Shown: positions 29,422 to 38,949 of the stretch, piece after piece
How positions within the stretch are numbered: the first letter of the stretch is position 1
Layout of the letters: every line of letters starts with the position of its first letter
Assembly (NCBI GenBank): GCA_036012755.1
Contig: DASCPX010000179.1
Span: forward strand, 32,001 to 96,000
Reading direction: 5' to 3'
DNA from: Myxococcota bacterium
Lineage (GTDB): Bacteria > Myxococcota_A > UBA796 > CAJQPC01
DNA: 64,000 bases
Made by a program: the position numbers and the translations under genes
Notes under the pieces: generated by a model
The model's input: the letters and a program-made list of their open reading frames with translations, nothing else
Told to the model about the DNA's origin: nothing
Database searches by the model: none

Positions 29422-29788
29422 AGCCCTCTATTCCAAGGCGCTCCCCGGTCGTGTAGAGCCAGGCGCCGCCTACCTTCTCGAAGCGTGAGCGCTCCCGGAA
29501 GCTGGCGTCCTTGCCGCCCTGCTCCAGCGTGGCCGTGAAGGTGACGGTGTCGCCGCGAGCCTCCTCGACCACCAGGCGCGAAAAGCGTGTGCTGCGCACG
29601 AAGGCCTCGACCTGCTCGCGCGGGGGCACCGGGGTCTGGGTGCGCAAGACGTGGTCGATGTGCCCCATGGCGTAGGCCGAGTACCGCGAGCGCATCAGCG
29701 CCTCGGGGGTCGGCGCCAGCGCGCCCTGGTGCCAGGGGCGGCAGCAGCGCTTGTAGGTCTTGCCGGAGCGACAGGGACAGCGAGCCAT
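29420..29788 (-). CDS. ychJ: YchJ family (SEC-C motif) protein
   Basis: CPCRSGKTYKRCC; PEALMRSRYSAY; ERSRF..VGGAWLY. Confidence 0.9.
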   Translation of the reverse strand: MARCPCRSGKTYKRCCRPWHQGALAPTPEALMRSRYSAYAMGHIDHVLRTQTPVPPREQVEAFVRSTRFSRLVVEEARGDTVTFTATLEQGGKDASFRERSRFEKVGGAWLYTTGERLGIEG

Positions 29789-29862
29789 GCGAGAGAGTAC
29801 TGAGTTTCGATGGGGGGCACCCCTTGGAAGTGCGACACCATCCTGCCATCTACCATCGCGCC

Positions 29863-30554
29863 ATGAAACGCAGGACCTTTCTCGCTGGTCTCGGTGCCGT
29901 GCCCCTCGCCTGGAGGAAGGCACCCCTGAAGGCATCGAAGGGGCCGGCGGTCTGCCCGATGCCAGCGGCGTGATCACCCTGGACGCGATGATCATGGACG
30001 GGGACACGCTCGACTGCGGCGGTGTCGGCAGCCTCCAGGACATCCCCCGGGCCATCTCGGTCGCGAGGGACGTGATGGAGAAGACCCGCCACGTGTTGCT
30101 CGTCGGCGAAGGCGCGCGCCAGTTCGCCATCCGCGAGGGCCACGAGGTGGAGGCGCTGCACTCGGAGAACTCCCGGCGCCGCTACCGCGCGTGGCTCGAG
30201 GAAAAAGGCAGCGAGCGGCCCTTCTGGGAGCTCCACGAGGCCGACCACGACACGGTCGGCATGGTGGGAGTGTCAGGCGGATCCTGTGCCGTCGGGCTGT
30301 CGACCTCCGGGCTGGCCTGGAAGCTGCCCGGTCGGGTGGGAGACTCCCCGCTGGTCGGCTCCGGGGGCTACGCCGACAGCGAGGTCGGGGCGGTCGCCGC
30401 CACCGGCATCGGCGAGCACATCATCCGCGTGGCGGGCTCACACAGCGTGGTCGAGGGCATGCGGCGGGGCCTCGAGCCCCGCGAGGGCTTCGTGATGGCG
30501 ATCCAGCGAGGCGACGAGGAGGCCGCGCTCTACGAGGTGCCCCCTACGCCATGA
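29863..30554 (+). pseudogene. Glycosylasparaginase/isoaspartyl peptidase (Ntn hydrolase), Tat-like signal, frameshifted and truncated
   Basis: MKRRTFL signal is in a different frame from GGLPD..GVITLDA..MDG, HDTVG, STSG..KLPGRVGDSP and ATGIGE; N- and C-terminal segments are missing. Confidence 0.8.
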
Positions 30555-30591
30555 GGGAGCGGGTGGGGCTCTGGCGCCTGGCCTGAAGGCC

Positions 30592-31317
30592 TCAGCGACC
30601 CATGGAAGCGAGCCCGATGAGGCTGGCTTCGAAGTCACCCGAGCTGCCGGACAGCTCTTGTAGGACCCCGGCAAAGTCCGGAAGAGGCGGCGGGCGATAG
30701 GCGCGGCGCGAGTGCTGGACAGACACCGGCGCCGCGGCCGGAGTGCCGCCCACCGGGGCCTCCTCGGACTCGGCGCAGAGACAGACGGCCTCCATCGGGG
30801 GGGCGAACTCGAGCCGCATCCTCGCCAGCGCACGGCTCACCCGCATGCGCGCGGTGCCCGAGCGGATGCCGAAGACCTCGCCCAGCTCCCCGTAGTCGAG
30901 GCCGTGGACGAAGCGTAGCTGGATCATCGCGCGAGGGACCTCGCCCAGTACATCCAGCGCGCGACGCACCGCGTCCCGGTTCTGCACCATCCAGCTGGGC
31001 AGAGGGCTGTCGTCGATAGGCCCCTCCAGGTCGACCTGGTCGTCGAGCTCGACCGGAGCGCGCTGCAGCCGGCGGAGGTGGTCCAGGCAGCGGTTTCGAG
31101 CGATGGCGAGGATCCAGGTCCTGGCGCTGGCCTCGCCCCGGAACTCGGGCAGCCCGGCGAAGGCCTTGATGAAGACGTCCTGGGCCAGGTCCTCGCCCTC
31201 CGAGCCCGCCATCGCGCAGCAGAGGCCGCGGACCTCGGGCGCGTGGTGACGGACGAGCCAGGTGCCAGCTGCCTTGCGGTCGCCTCGTTTCAAGTGGTCG
31301 CGGAATGCCTGGTCCAT
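30592..31317 (-). CDS. ECF-type RNA polymerase sigma factor with C-terminal extension
   Basis: EDLAQDVFIKA, FRGEASARTWILAIARN, GLDYGELGEV..GTARMRVSRA. Confidence 0.9.
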   Translation of the reverse strand: MDQAFRDHLKRGDRKAAGTWLVRHHAPEVRGLCCAMAGSEGEDLAQDVFIKAFAGLPEFRGEASARTWILAIARNRCLDHLRRLQRAPVELDDQVDLEGPIDDSPLPSWMVQNRDAVRRALDVLGEVPRAMIQLRFVHGLDYGELGEVFGIRSGTARMRVSRALARMRLEFAPPMEAVCLCAESEEAPVGGTPAAAPVSVQHSRRAYRPPPLPDFAGVLQELSGSSGDFEASLIGLASMGR

Positions 31318-31477
31318 GCCCACGAAGGTAGACGAGCGGGAGCCAGAAACGTCACATCGCTCCAGAAGAAACCTGGAAAACCGTTCAACTTCAAGAACTT
31401 GCACATCCACTTCTAGATGCATGTGACAGCACGATCCGAGGGCTCGTCCAATCGGTGAACCCAACACGGAGTCCTCG

Positions 31478-32395
31478 ATGAAGTTCCAGATCAAGCACGA
31501 CCGCCTCGTCCTTCCCACCGGGCTGTCGATCACCTTCCAGCGCACCCTGCGCATCTCCGATGACGACAAGACCTGGCCGCTGCCCCCGGGCTTCGGCGCC
31601 TTCCCCCTCCGCCGGGTCGACGACTACGCCGACACGGTGCCCCAGAGCTGGCGAGAGCAGGGCGGCGTCTTCCTGCCGATGTACCAGCGCGAAGCGATGT
31701 GGATGAGCATCAGCTGCTGGCCGCCTCATGCCCTGAAGGTCGGCATCGGCAAGGTCTGCGCGCTCACTGGCGAGCAGTGGTCAGAGGACCTCCATCGCCA
31801 CCCCCAGGACTACCTCGTGTCCCCTCCCCAGCCCTGGCTCGACGGCATCTGCGTCGGCGACGGCCGCGTCCGCCAGTTCGTGGCCATGCCCCTGGGCAGC
31901 GGAACCACGGTCGAGGGCCAGGTCACCGGCGAGGAGACCGTCGGCGGGCTCCAGCTCCAGGTCGTCCCGCCCAAGCCCGGGGTCTTCGCGAGCCAGGTCT
32001 ACCTGAGGGCGCGCTCTGCTGCCGGAGGTGGCCCTCCGTTCGCGGCCCCCTGCGCCCCATTGGCGGTCTGCCTGAGCGCGAAGTCCTCGATGGGTCTGGC
32101 AGCTGGAGGCTCGATGCGTCAGAAGATCTACCCCGACCCCCACAAGGCGAACGTCTGGGACATCGGGCGCGCGACCCGCTGCTTCGTCCACATCGTGGAC
32201 TCGCTGCAGTGGACCCGAATCACAGGCGAGGAGATGCCCCCGACCCCGGTGTCCGTCCAGGCCTACCGAGACGCGGGCTTCCCCTGGTACGAGCTCTACG
32301 ACGAGCACTGCAAGACCTTGGAGGGAGAGAAGAAGCTGAAGGACGTAAAGTCCCTCGGCGAGCTCATTGGAACGGTGCGGGACGGGCTCTGGTAG
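31478..32395 (+). CDS. Conserved hypothetical protein
   Basis: ITFQRTLRI, LPPGFGAFPL, GGVFLPMYQREAMW, QPWLDG, QFVAMPLG..TVEGQ, AAGGSMRQKIY; a family of unknown function. Confidence 0.8.
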   Translation: MKFQIKHDRLVLPTGLSITFQRTLRISDDDKTWPLPPGFGAFPLRRVDDYADTVPQSWREQGGVFLPMYQREAMWMSISCWPPHALKVGIGKVCALTGEQWSEDLHRHPQDYLVSPPQPWLDGICVGDGRVRQFVAMPLGSGTTVEGQVTGEETVGGLQLQVVPPKPGVFASQVYLRARSAAGGGPPFAAPCAPLAVCLSAKSSMGLAAGGSMRQKIYPDPHKANVWDIGRATRCFVHIVDSLQWTRITGEEMPPTPVSVQAYRDAGFPWYELYDEHCKTLEGEKKLKDVKSLGELIGTVRDGLW

Positions 32396-32424
32396 TGAAA
32401 CGGTAGAGTCCCGGCGGAGGTGAG

Positions 32425-32889
32425 ATGCTCCTGATCCTCGGAATCGCTTGCAAGGGTTGCGGCTCGAGTCCAGAAGAGGTCGTCTACGAGGGCGACTGGA
32501 CCGAGCCCACCTGGGACTTCCTCGAGGGCCTGGAGCTGCCAGAGGGCGACGAGGGTCTCGTCCTCGCCCAGACCGACGGGGTCGAGCTGATCCTCGACCC
32601 CGACAAGCGGGACCCGGCCGTGTCCGCCGCCCAGTGCCTGACGACCGTGATGGTCTGCCACGACCCAGAGCTCCGCAACATCAGGGGCTGCCTCGAGAAC
32701 GTGCCCCACTGCGAGACCAGGACCCCCTGGGAGGACGGCTCGCCCTGGTGCTGTCCGGAAGAGTGCGTGGATGCCTACCTCGAGCTGCGCGCCGCCGGAG
32801 AGAGCGAAATCGACGCGCTGACCGACGCGATCTACACGGTGCCCGGCTCCTGCGCCTACGGCTTCGACGACCACGTGGAGGCCCTGTGA
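32425..32889 (+). CDS. Cys-rich lipoprotein
   Basis: MLLILGIAC signal; multiple Cys; overlaps the start of the next gene. Confidence 0.7.
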   Translation: MLLILGIACKGCGSSPEEVVYEGDWTEPTWDFLEGLELPEGDEGLVLAQTDGVELILDPDKRDPAVSAAQCLTTVMVCHDPELRNIRGCLENVPHCETRTPWEDGSPWCCPEECVDAYLELRAAGESEIDALTDAIYTVPGSCAYGFDDHVEAL

Positions 32890-35777
32890 TCCTGCTGCTG
32901 GTCCCCACCGCCGTCGCCTGGGACTCCCACTGCTACGAGGACGATGGCTTCGCGAACACCACCTGCAAGGACGCCTACTCCAACGCGCGCTCAGTCTGGA
33001 TCGGTGGCAGCTACCACGAGCACGCACAGATCTGGAAGAAGGCCCGGGAGATGGCTGGCCTGCCCGCAGAGCTCGACGAGGACTTCCAGCTCGACACCTA
33101 CTCCGAGGGAGAGGACATCGTCTCGGAGAAGTCGGCCATCGAGTACGTCGGCCTGACACCCGTCTTGATCCAGCCCTCGCACAAGGGCTCGCGGATCACG
33201 TCGATCCCAGCGATGACGCAGCTCCCCGACTTCAGCTACTCGCTGTGGGACTGGGTCACGGGGAACGAGCACTGCCCGCCAGAGGACTCCTGGAACACAG
33301 AGGCCTGCCACGACTACGCGACCCACCAGGGGCCGCTGAACTCCAGCCACTTCCTCCCCCAGGCCCAGGAGTACTGGGACTACTACCACAGCCTCGCGCT
33401 CCAGCGCGCCGAGACCTGCGGTGAGCTGGCGGACGACCTCGGCGACGACTCAGAGCGGCTCGAGGACTGGCTCCTGGCCTGCGAGCAGGAGGCGATGGTG
33501 CTCGAGGCCATCGCCCAGCACTTCCTGCAGGACGCCTTCTCGATGGGCCACACCTGGGCTCGCTGGGGGTCGGTGGAGGCCGAGGACTTCCAGGACTCGA
33601 TGGCGGATGGACTCGTGCTCGCCGCCATCGCGGGCATGGTGCACGGCTCGAAGTCGGTCATGCAGATCCACCCGGTGCTCGGTTCGTGGGACGACCCGAT
33701 GTGCGCCCCGCCTCCAGCCGGCCAGAACGTGGAGTGGGTCGACCCGCTCACCGGCGACAACACCCACGCCATCGGCGATCTCTTCCTCGAGAGCCAGATG
33801 TGGGGAGAGGGCGGCTACGAGGTCCAGGAGGAGGCGATGCTGGCCTGCTCCGTCAACTCGATGCGCGAGGTCTACGAGAAGACCGGCCAGGTCCACGACG
33901 AGCTCCAGCCAGCCGACTCCAGCCTGCCCCTGTCCGACCGCGACCCCTCCACCGATGCGTGCTGGGGCCAGCTCGCGACAAACGAGAGCGTGCTCACCGG
34001 CTGGGGCCTCCACCAGGGCCAGTGGCCCGACACGGCCCACGAGACGAACGAAGCGCTCATCGCCAACCTCATGTGGCCAGCGCTCTTGAGCACCGCCTAC
34101 GTCGGCTACGACCACTACCAGGAAAAGACCGTCCCCACCAAGCTGGACAAGTTCGCCATCACGCTGCACCTGCTGGAGATCAGCGCGGTCGGCGCCAAGA
34201 TCGCCTGGTACGGGACGACGGACGAGCACGGCACGAAGGTCGCCTCGGGCGAAGACCTCCCGAGCCTCCTCGGCATGGAGCCGAACGACGCCTACGTGCA
34301 CGGCACCATCGGGAACCAGGCCTCGACGAAGCTGGCCACCTCCGCCGACCCGCCGCTGCCGTGGAGCCACGACTCCGAGGAGCTCGACGAGCGCTCCCTG
34401 GCGCTGGGCTTCGCGGACGCCCACGCGGCCGAGCGCTGCGAGTCGATGACCCGCGTCGAGCTCTTGAACTACCAGGCGGACGCTGGCGACTCCTACGATC
34501 TCAAGAGCGACGACTTCCCGGCGCTCTGCGGTATCTGCGCCCAGATGGTGGAGCCCCACCTGCGCCTCGGCGAGGACGCCGACGACTACGACACGGACAA
34601 CGAGCCCCTGTGCGGCGTGGTCGCCGAGGACGCCGAGTTCGTGTACTCCGACGAGACCGGTCTCTACCTCCAGGACGTCACGGAGCTCTCGCGAGCCGCC
34701 TTGAACTGGTGCGGCTGCGGCTGGGACGACGGCCTCGTCCTCTCCGGCTTCGACGCGGCCTGGTACGCCTTCGACGGCACGACGGGCGCCGAGCTCGGGA
34801 CCTGCCCGGCGGGCGTCGACGACCCGGACCTCGGTCCGACCTGGCGCAACGACATCGAGCCCGTGATGGGCCTCGTCGACGGCTTCGCGGTGGCCTACCC
34901 GTGGCTGGACGAGATCCGGTTCTTCGGGGACACCTGCGACGCGGACGACGAGACGTCCGTCTTCCTCGACGGCGACGAGGGCCCCTGGGCGATGGCCATC
35001 ACCAGCGATCTACAGCACCTCGTCGTGGGCACGCGCAACCCCGACGAGCCCTGCGATCCCGGGACCTTGCAGGCCATCGACCTCGACACCCACGAGGTCG
35101 TCGGCGCGATCAGCACGGCTCAGGGCGTAGCGGACATCGCGGTGGTCGACGACGGGCTCTACGTCATGGCGACGCTCTACGGGGGCGACGGCTGCTCGAG
35201 CGGCATCATCAACAGCGTCGTGACGAACCAGCTGACCGCCGGGACCGCCGTGATCGACAACACGAGCGCGGGGGGCACCTGCTTGAACGATCCAGGCCGC
35301 ATCGACGCGACCCCCGACGGCAACTGGGTCGCATGGACCGCCGGCGGCAGCTGCGGGCGGGTGAACCTCCGCCGTCACGCCGGTGAGCTGGTGGACTTCG
35401 TCCTCGAGTCCGATGTCGGCACCGACTGGGACACCCCCACCGACGTGGCCATCATCCAGGACTCCGAAACGCTCTTCCGCGTGCTCGTGTTGACCGAGTG
35501 GGTGAGCGAGGGCCGCTGCAGCGACAACACGAACCTCTGCGGCTCCCTGCGCCTGCTCACGGTGGATGGGAGCACTGGCGGCTACGTGGTCGGGAACGAG
35601 ATGGCGCTGAAACACATGGCCCCCAACGGGGTCGCCGTGAACGAAGACGGCACCCGCGCCTACGTCACCTTCGCCGGGAGCTCCGAGGTCCAGGTCTTCG
35701 ACGTGACCAGCGGCCTGTCCAAGGCCGGGACGTTGAAGTCCGGGCCCTACCCCAGCGCCATCTGGCTCGCCGAGTAG
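32886..35777 (+). CDS. Large secreted protein: phospholipase C/P1 nuclease-like N-terminus plus YVTN-like beta-propeller
   Basis: Signal ...AVA then WDSH; YHEH; SHF; HFLQDAFSMGH; C-terminal PNGVAVNEDGTRAYVT..S.EVQVFD. Confidence 0.65.
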   Translation: MILLLVPTAVAWDSHCYEDDGFANTTCKDAYSNARSVWIGGSYHEHAQIWKKAREMAGLPAELDEDFQLDTYSEGEDIVSEKSAIEYVGLTPVLIQPSHKGSRITSIPAMTQLPDFSYSLWDWVTGNEHCPPEDSWNTEACHDYATHQGPLNSSHFLPQAQEYWDYYHSLALQRAETCGELADDLGDDSERLEDWLLACEQEAMVLEAIAQHFLQDAFSMGHTWARWGSVEAEDFQDSMADGLVLAAIAGMVHGSKSVMQIHPVLGSWDDPMCAPPPAGQNVEWVDPLTGDNTHAIGDLFLESQMWGEGGYEVQEEAMLACSVNSMREVYEKTGQVHDELQPADSSLPLSDRDPSTDACWGQLATNESVLTGWGLHQGQWPDTAHETNEALIANLMWPALLSTAYVGYDHYQEKTVPTKLDKFAITLHLLEISAVGAKIAWYGTTDEHGTKVASGEDLPSLLGMEPNDAYVHGTIGNQASTKLATSADPPLPWSHDSEELDERSLALGFADAHAAERCESMTRVELLNYQADAGDSYDLKSDDFPALCGICAQMVEPHLRLGEDADDYDTDNEPLCGVVAEDAEFVYSDETGLYLQDVTELSRAALNWCGCGWDDGLVLSGFDAAWYAFDGTTGAELGTCPAGVDDPDLGPTWRNDIEPVMGLVDGFAVAYPWLDEIRFFGDTCDADDETSVFLDGDEGPWAMAITSDLQHLVVGTRNPDEPCDPGTLQAIDLDTHEVVGAISTAQGVADIAVVDDGLYVMATLYGGDGCSSGIINSVVTNQLTAGTAVIDNTSAGGTCLNDPGRIDATPDGNWVAWTAGGSCGRVNLRRHAGELVDFVLESDVGTDWDTPTDVAIIQDSETLFRVLVLTEWVSEGRCSDNTNLCGSLRLLTVDGSTGGYVVGNEMALKHMAPNGVAVNEDGTRAYVTFAGSSEVQVFDVTSGLSKAGTLKSGPYPSAIWLAE

Positions 35778-35781
35778 CCCC

Positions 35782-36708
35782 TCAGAACGGGAGCTCGCCC
35801 AGGTCGACGTTGCCTCCGCTGAGCACGACCCCGATCCGCTCGATGCCGCCTGGCAGATCGTGGGTGAGCACCGCCGCCAGACTCACGGCGGCAGAGGGCT
35901 CGATGACCAGCTTCATGCGCTCCCAGACCAGGCGCATCGCACACACGATGGCGTCCTCGTCGACGAGCAGCACGTCCTCGACGTGGTCCCGCAAGATGGG
36001 CCAGTTTCGCTCGCCGATGCTCACGAGCAGGCCTTTCGCGATGGTCTTGGGGTTCGGCTCGACGATGCGCCGGGAGGCAGCCTTGGAGCGCGCGGCGTCG
36101 TCGGCTCCACGGGGCTCTGCGGCGAACACCCGCACACCTCGAGCCTGGCCGACCAGCGCGATGCCGCCGACCAGCCCTCCGCCGCCGATGGGGGCGACGA
36201 TGGCGTCGAGGTCAGGGACCTGCTCCAACAGCTCCAGGGCGCAGCTGCCTTGGCCCGCGATGACGTCGTCGTGGTCGAAGGGGGGCACGTAGGTGGCGCC
36301 TGTGTCCTCTGCGATGCGACCGCGGAACTCCAGGCGGCCTGCGAGGGTGGGCGGGCAGAGCACGATCTGGCCGCCGTAGCCCCGGACCGCAGCCTGCTTC
36401 ACATCGGGTGCGTCGCTCGGCATGACCACGGTGCACGGAATGCCCCGAGTCCGGGCGGACCAGGCCAGGGCCTGGCCGAAGTTGCCGGAGCTGTCGGTGA
36501 CCACGCCGGGGGTGTGCTCGGGCAGGCGCAACACGGCGTTGAGCGCCCCGCGCGGCTTGAAGGAGCCGGTCTTCTGGAAGTTCTCGCACTTGAAGAAGAG
36601 CTCGACGCCAGCTCGCTCATCGAGGGTCCCGCAGGTCACCACCGGGGTCGTGTGGAGGTGGGCTCGAGTGCGCTCCCGAGCGGCGAGGACGTCGTCGTAG
36701 GTCGGCAT
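35782..36708 (-). CDS. PLP-dependent serine racemase/threonine dehydratase
   Basis: FKCENFQKTGSFKPRGA, SSGNFGQA, PIGGGGL, IEPSAA, LSGGN. Confidence 0.92.
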   Translation of the reverse strand: MPTYDDVLAARERTRAHLHTTPVVTCGTLDERAGVELFFKCENFQKTGSFKPRGALNAVLRLPEHTPGVVTDSSGNFGQALAWSARTRGIPCTVVMPSDAPDVKQAAVRGYGGQIVLCPPTLAGRLEFRGRIAEDTGATYVPPFDHDDVIAGQGSCALELLEQVPDLDAIVAPIGGGGLVGGIALVGQARGVRVFAAEPRGADDAARSKAASRRIVEPNPKTIAKGLLVSIGERNWPILRDHVEDVLLVDEDAIVCAMRLVWERMKLVIEPSAAVSLAAVLTHDLPGGIERIGVVLSGGNVDLGELPF

Positions 36709-36811
36709 CAGTGGAGATCGTAGAGCCTCGCGGCGTTGTCCCAGGCGACGGGGGCTCGCAGCTCCGGAGCCAGGCTACGACGTACGACGGCGCCGAGGTG
36801 GTGCCTCGGGC

Positions 36812-37531
36812 TCAGGAGCCCGCCTGGTAGCGCTCGACCCAGCGCTCCGAGAGCGCGTCGGCCTGCCGGGACAGGGACGGGGCGGGCAGGGTCGCCGGAG
36901 GTGGCAGCTCGAGGTGCTCCAGGACGCTGCCGAGGGTGGCCTCGAAGTCCTCGACGAGGTCCTCGTAGACCACCTCGTGGACCTCGCCGAGCTCAGCGCG
37001 CCAGGCCGCTTCGGCCCCCTCGATCTGCTCGAGGCAGCGGGCGATGCGAGAGCGCGAATACACAGGCGGGAGCAGGCCCTTCTGCCAGCTGGCCCAGCGG
37101 CCGGTCTGGATGGCCCGAGCCCAGCTCACGGCCTGGGCGAGTCGATCGCGGCGCGTGATCAAGACCCATCGATCGACCGCGAGCAGGTCCCGGAAGCGCT
37201 CGTAGTGGTGGCGGTGGATCTTCAGGCCGAACCAGCCCCCGGAGGAGCGACGAGCGCGGACCTCGGCCAGGTGCTCCTGGATGTCGCCACGAGCCAGCAC
37301 CTGCAATGGCCCCATCAACAGCCGGTAGTGGCGGCGACCGGCGCGCAGGCCCCAGTCCCGGCGCTGCATGGGGTTGAGGTACTCCTTGGGCGCGCCGCAG
37401 AGCCCCGTGTCCCAGAGACCCCGACACAACAGCGTGCTCCCGGTCCGCGGCAGGGAAGCGACGGCGTAGGTGCGCACGTCGCCAGCAGGCGGCAGGTCGA
37501 ACTCGGGGCCGTTCTTCGGATCGAGGAACAC
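36812..37531 (-). CDS. Stf0 family sulfotransferase
   Basis: PRTGSTLLC (PAPS-binding), GAPKEYLN, RRDRLAQAVSWARA.QTG.W, YEDL. Confidence 0.88.
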   Translation of the reverse strand: MFLDPKNGPEFDLPPAGDVRTYAVASLPRTGSTLLCRGLWDTGLCGAPKEYLNPMQRRDWGLRAGRRHYRLLMGPLQVLARGDIQEHLAEVRARRSSGGWFGLKIHRHHYERFRDLLAVDRWVLITRRDRLAQAVSWARAIQTGRWASWQKGLLPPVYSRSRIARCLEQIEGAEAAWRAELGEVHEVVYEDLVEDFEATLGSVLEHLELPPPATLPAPSLSRQADALSERWVERYQAGS

Positions 37532-37539
37532 AGGCTCCC

Positions 37540-38940
37540 CTATCCGGCCCTCCGCCGGCGGCGCATTGCGAGGAGGGCACCGATGGAGCCCACCAGGATG
37601 AGGGTCAGGGCCACAGCCCAGGCCTGGCCCACGGTCACGGGCGGACGGCTCACCCAGGTCGTGCGTGACCCTGCCGTCCAGGCCGCTGCGACCCGCAGGA
37701 TGTCGGCCTCGCTGGCCCGCCAGAGCTGTCGCGGCCTGAGCTCCCGCGCTGGGACCGGAGTGAGCCAGAACCCGGCGATGCGCGAGGCCCGCACCGGGCC
37801 CTCCTCCAGCGAGCGCTCGGCGTGGCCTATGTGCTGGGCGCGCACGCGAGCCAGGCGCTCGGGTTCGAGCTCACCGCTGGAGAGCTCGTCCAGGGCGATG
37901 TGCATCAGCTCCAGCGCCTCGTCCACCTTCTCGTGGTCCAGCTCCGTCCGGATGCACAGGAAGCCCGCGTCCAGCCAGTCCTCGTTCCATGCCGAGACGC
38001 CGTAGACCAGCGCTCGGTCCGTGCGCATGCGCTCGAAGAGCAGGTCCTCGAGGTAGCTCGCGGCGAGCTCGGTGACCCTGTGGTCCGGGTGGGAGCTGCC
38101 CACCGTCGGCGCGGTGATGGCCACCTCGAACTGGTCGTAGACCGCCGGTTGCCAGATGACGTCCTCTGTGGGGGCTCCGGCAGCGCTCGGGGCGCTCGGG
38201 GCGGTCGGAGCCGAGCCCTCCGGGTTGTCGAGGAGGCCGAAGCCCTGCTCGATCCGGGCGAGGGTGGACTCGACCTCGAGTCGCCCGACCAGGACCAGGG
38301 CTGCGTTGTCGGGCCGATAGTGGCGTCCGTAGAAGCCCTCCAGATCCGGCAGTGACATGCCATCGAGGGAGCTGTCCTCTCCGATGTGGGGCACAGGCAG
38401 CATCGTGTCTGGCCAGTAGGCTTCGCTGGCGGCCTCGCGCAGGGACCGCCCGACGCCGGCGTCGTGGACCTGGGTCATCCACCAGCCGTCGCGCCCCCCG
38501 CGCTCCTCGAAGACGACCTCGCGCTCCTTGTCGAGCTCGGCTGGCAGCAGCTCCGGGTGGAAGACCACCTGCTCCAGCCACAACAAGAGCTCCGGCAGGT
38601 GATCCGCGCCCAGCCAGGCGTGGTAGCGCACCGACTCGGCGTAGGTGTAGCCGTTGTAGGAGCCGCCAAGGTCCTCGACCCAGTTGCGCACCCCGCGCTC
38701 GTCCCAGAGCTCCGTCTTCGTGAACAGCATGTGCTCGAGCAGGTGGGAGGCCCCGCTGGTCTCTGGGCTCTCGAAGCGCCCGCCGCCGCGCACGACGACC
38801 AGGCCGAGCACCGAAGTGGAGTCGGCCCGCGGCTGGAGGAAGACCTCGAGCCCGTTGTCGAGGACGACGTGACGAAGCTCGAAGGGAGCCTCGTGGACGA
38901 CCTGGACCTCAGCGGCGACAGCGGTAGCGATGAGCAGCAC
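37540..38940 (-). CDS. M16 (pitrilysin) family zinc peptidase, exported, with C-terminal membrane anchor
   Basis: SHLLEHMLF, GGSYNGYT, EREVVFEE, HYRPDNA; C-terminal TM followed by RRRRR. Confidence 0.9.
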   Translation of the reverse strand: MLLIATAVAAEVQVVHEAPFELRHVVLDNGLEVFLQPRADSTSVLGLVVVRGGGRFESPETSGASHLLEHMLFTKTELWDERGVRNWVEDLGGSYNGYTYAESVRYHAWLGADHLPELLLWLEQVVFHPELLPAELDKEREVVFEERGGRDGWWMTQVHDAGVGRSLREAASEAYWPDTMLPVPHIGEDSSLDGMSLPDLEGFYGRHYRPDNAALVLVGRLEVESTLARIEQGFGLLDNPEGSAPTAPSAPSAAGAPTEDVIWQPAVYDQFEVAITAPTVGSSHPDHRVTELAASYLEDLLFERMRTDRALVYGVSAWNEDWLDAGFLCIRTELDHEKVDEALELMHIALDELSSGELEPERLARVRAQHIGHAERSLEEGPVRASRIAGFWLTPVPARELRPRQLWRASEADILRVAAAWTAGSRTTWVSRPPVTVGQAWAVALTLILVGSIGALLAMRRRRRAG

Positions 38941-38949
38941 CAGCGGAGC

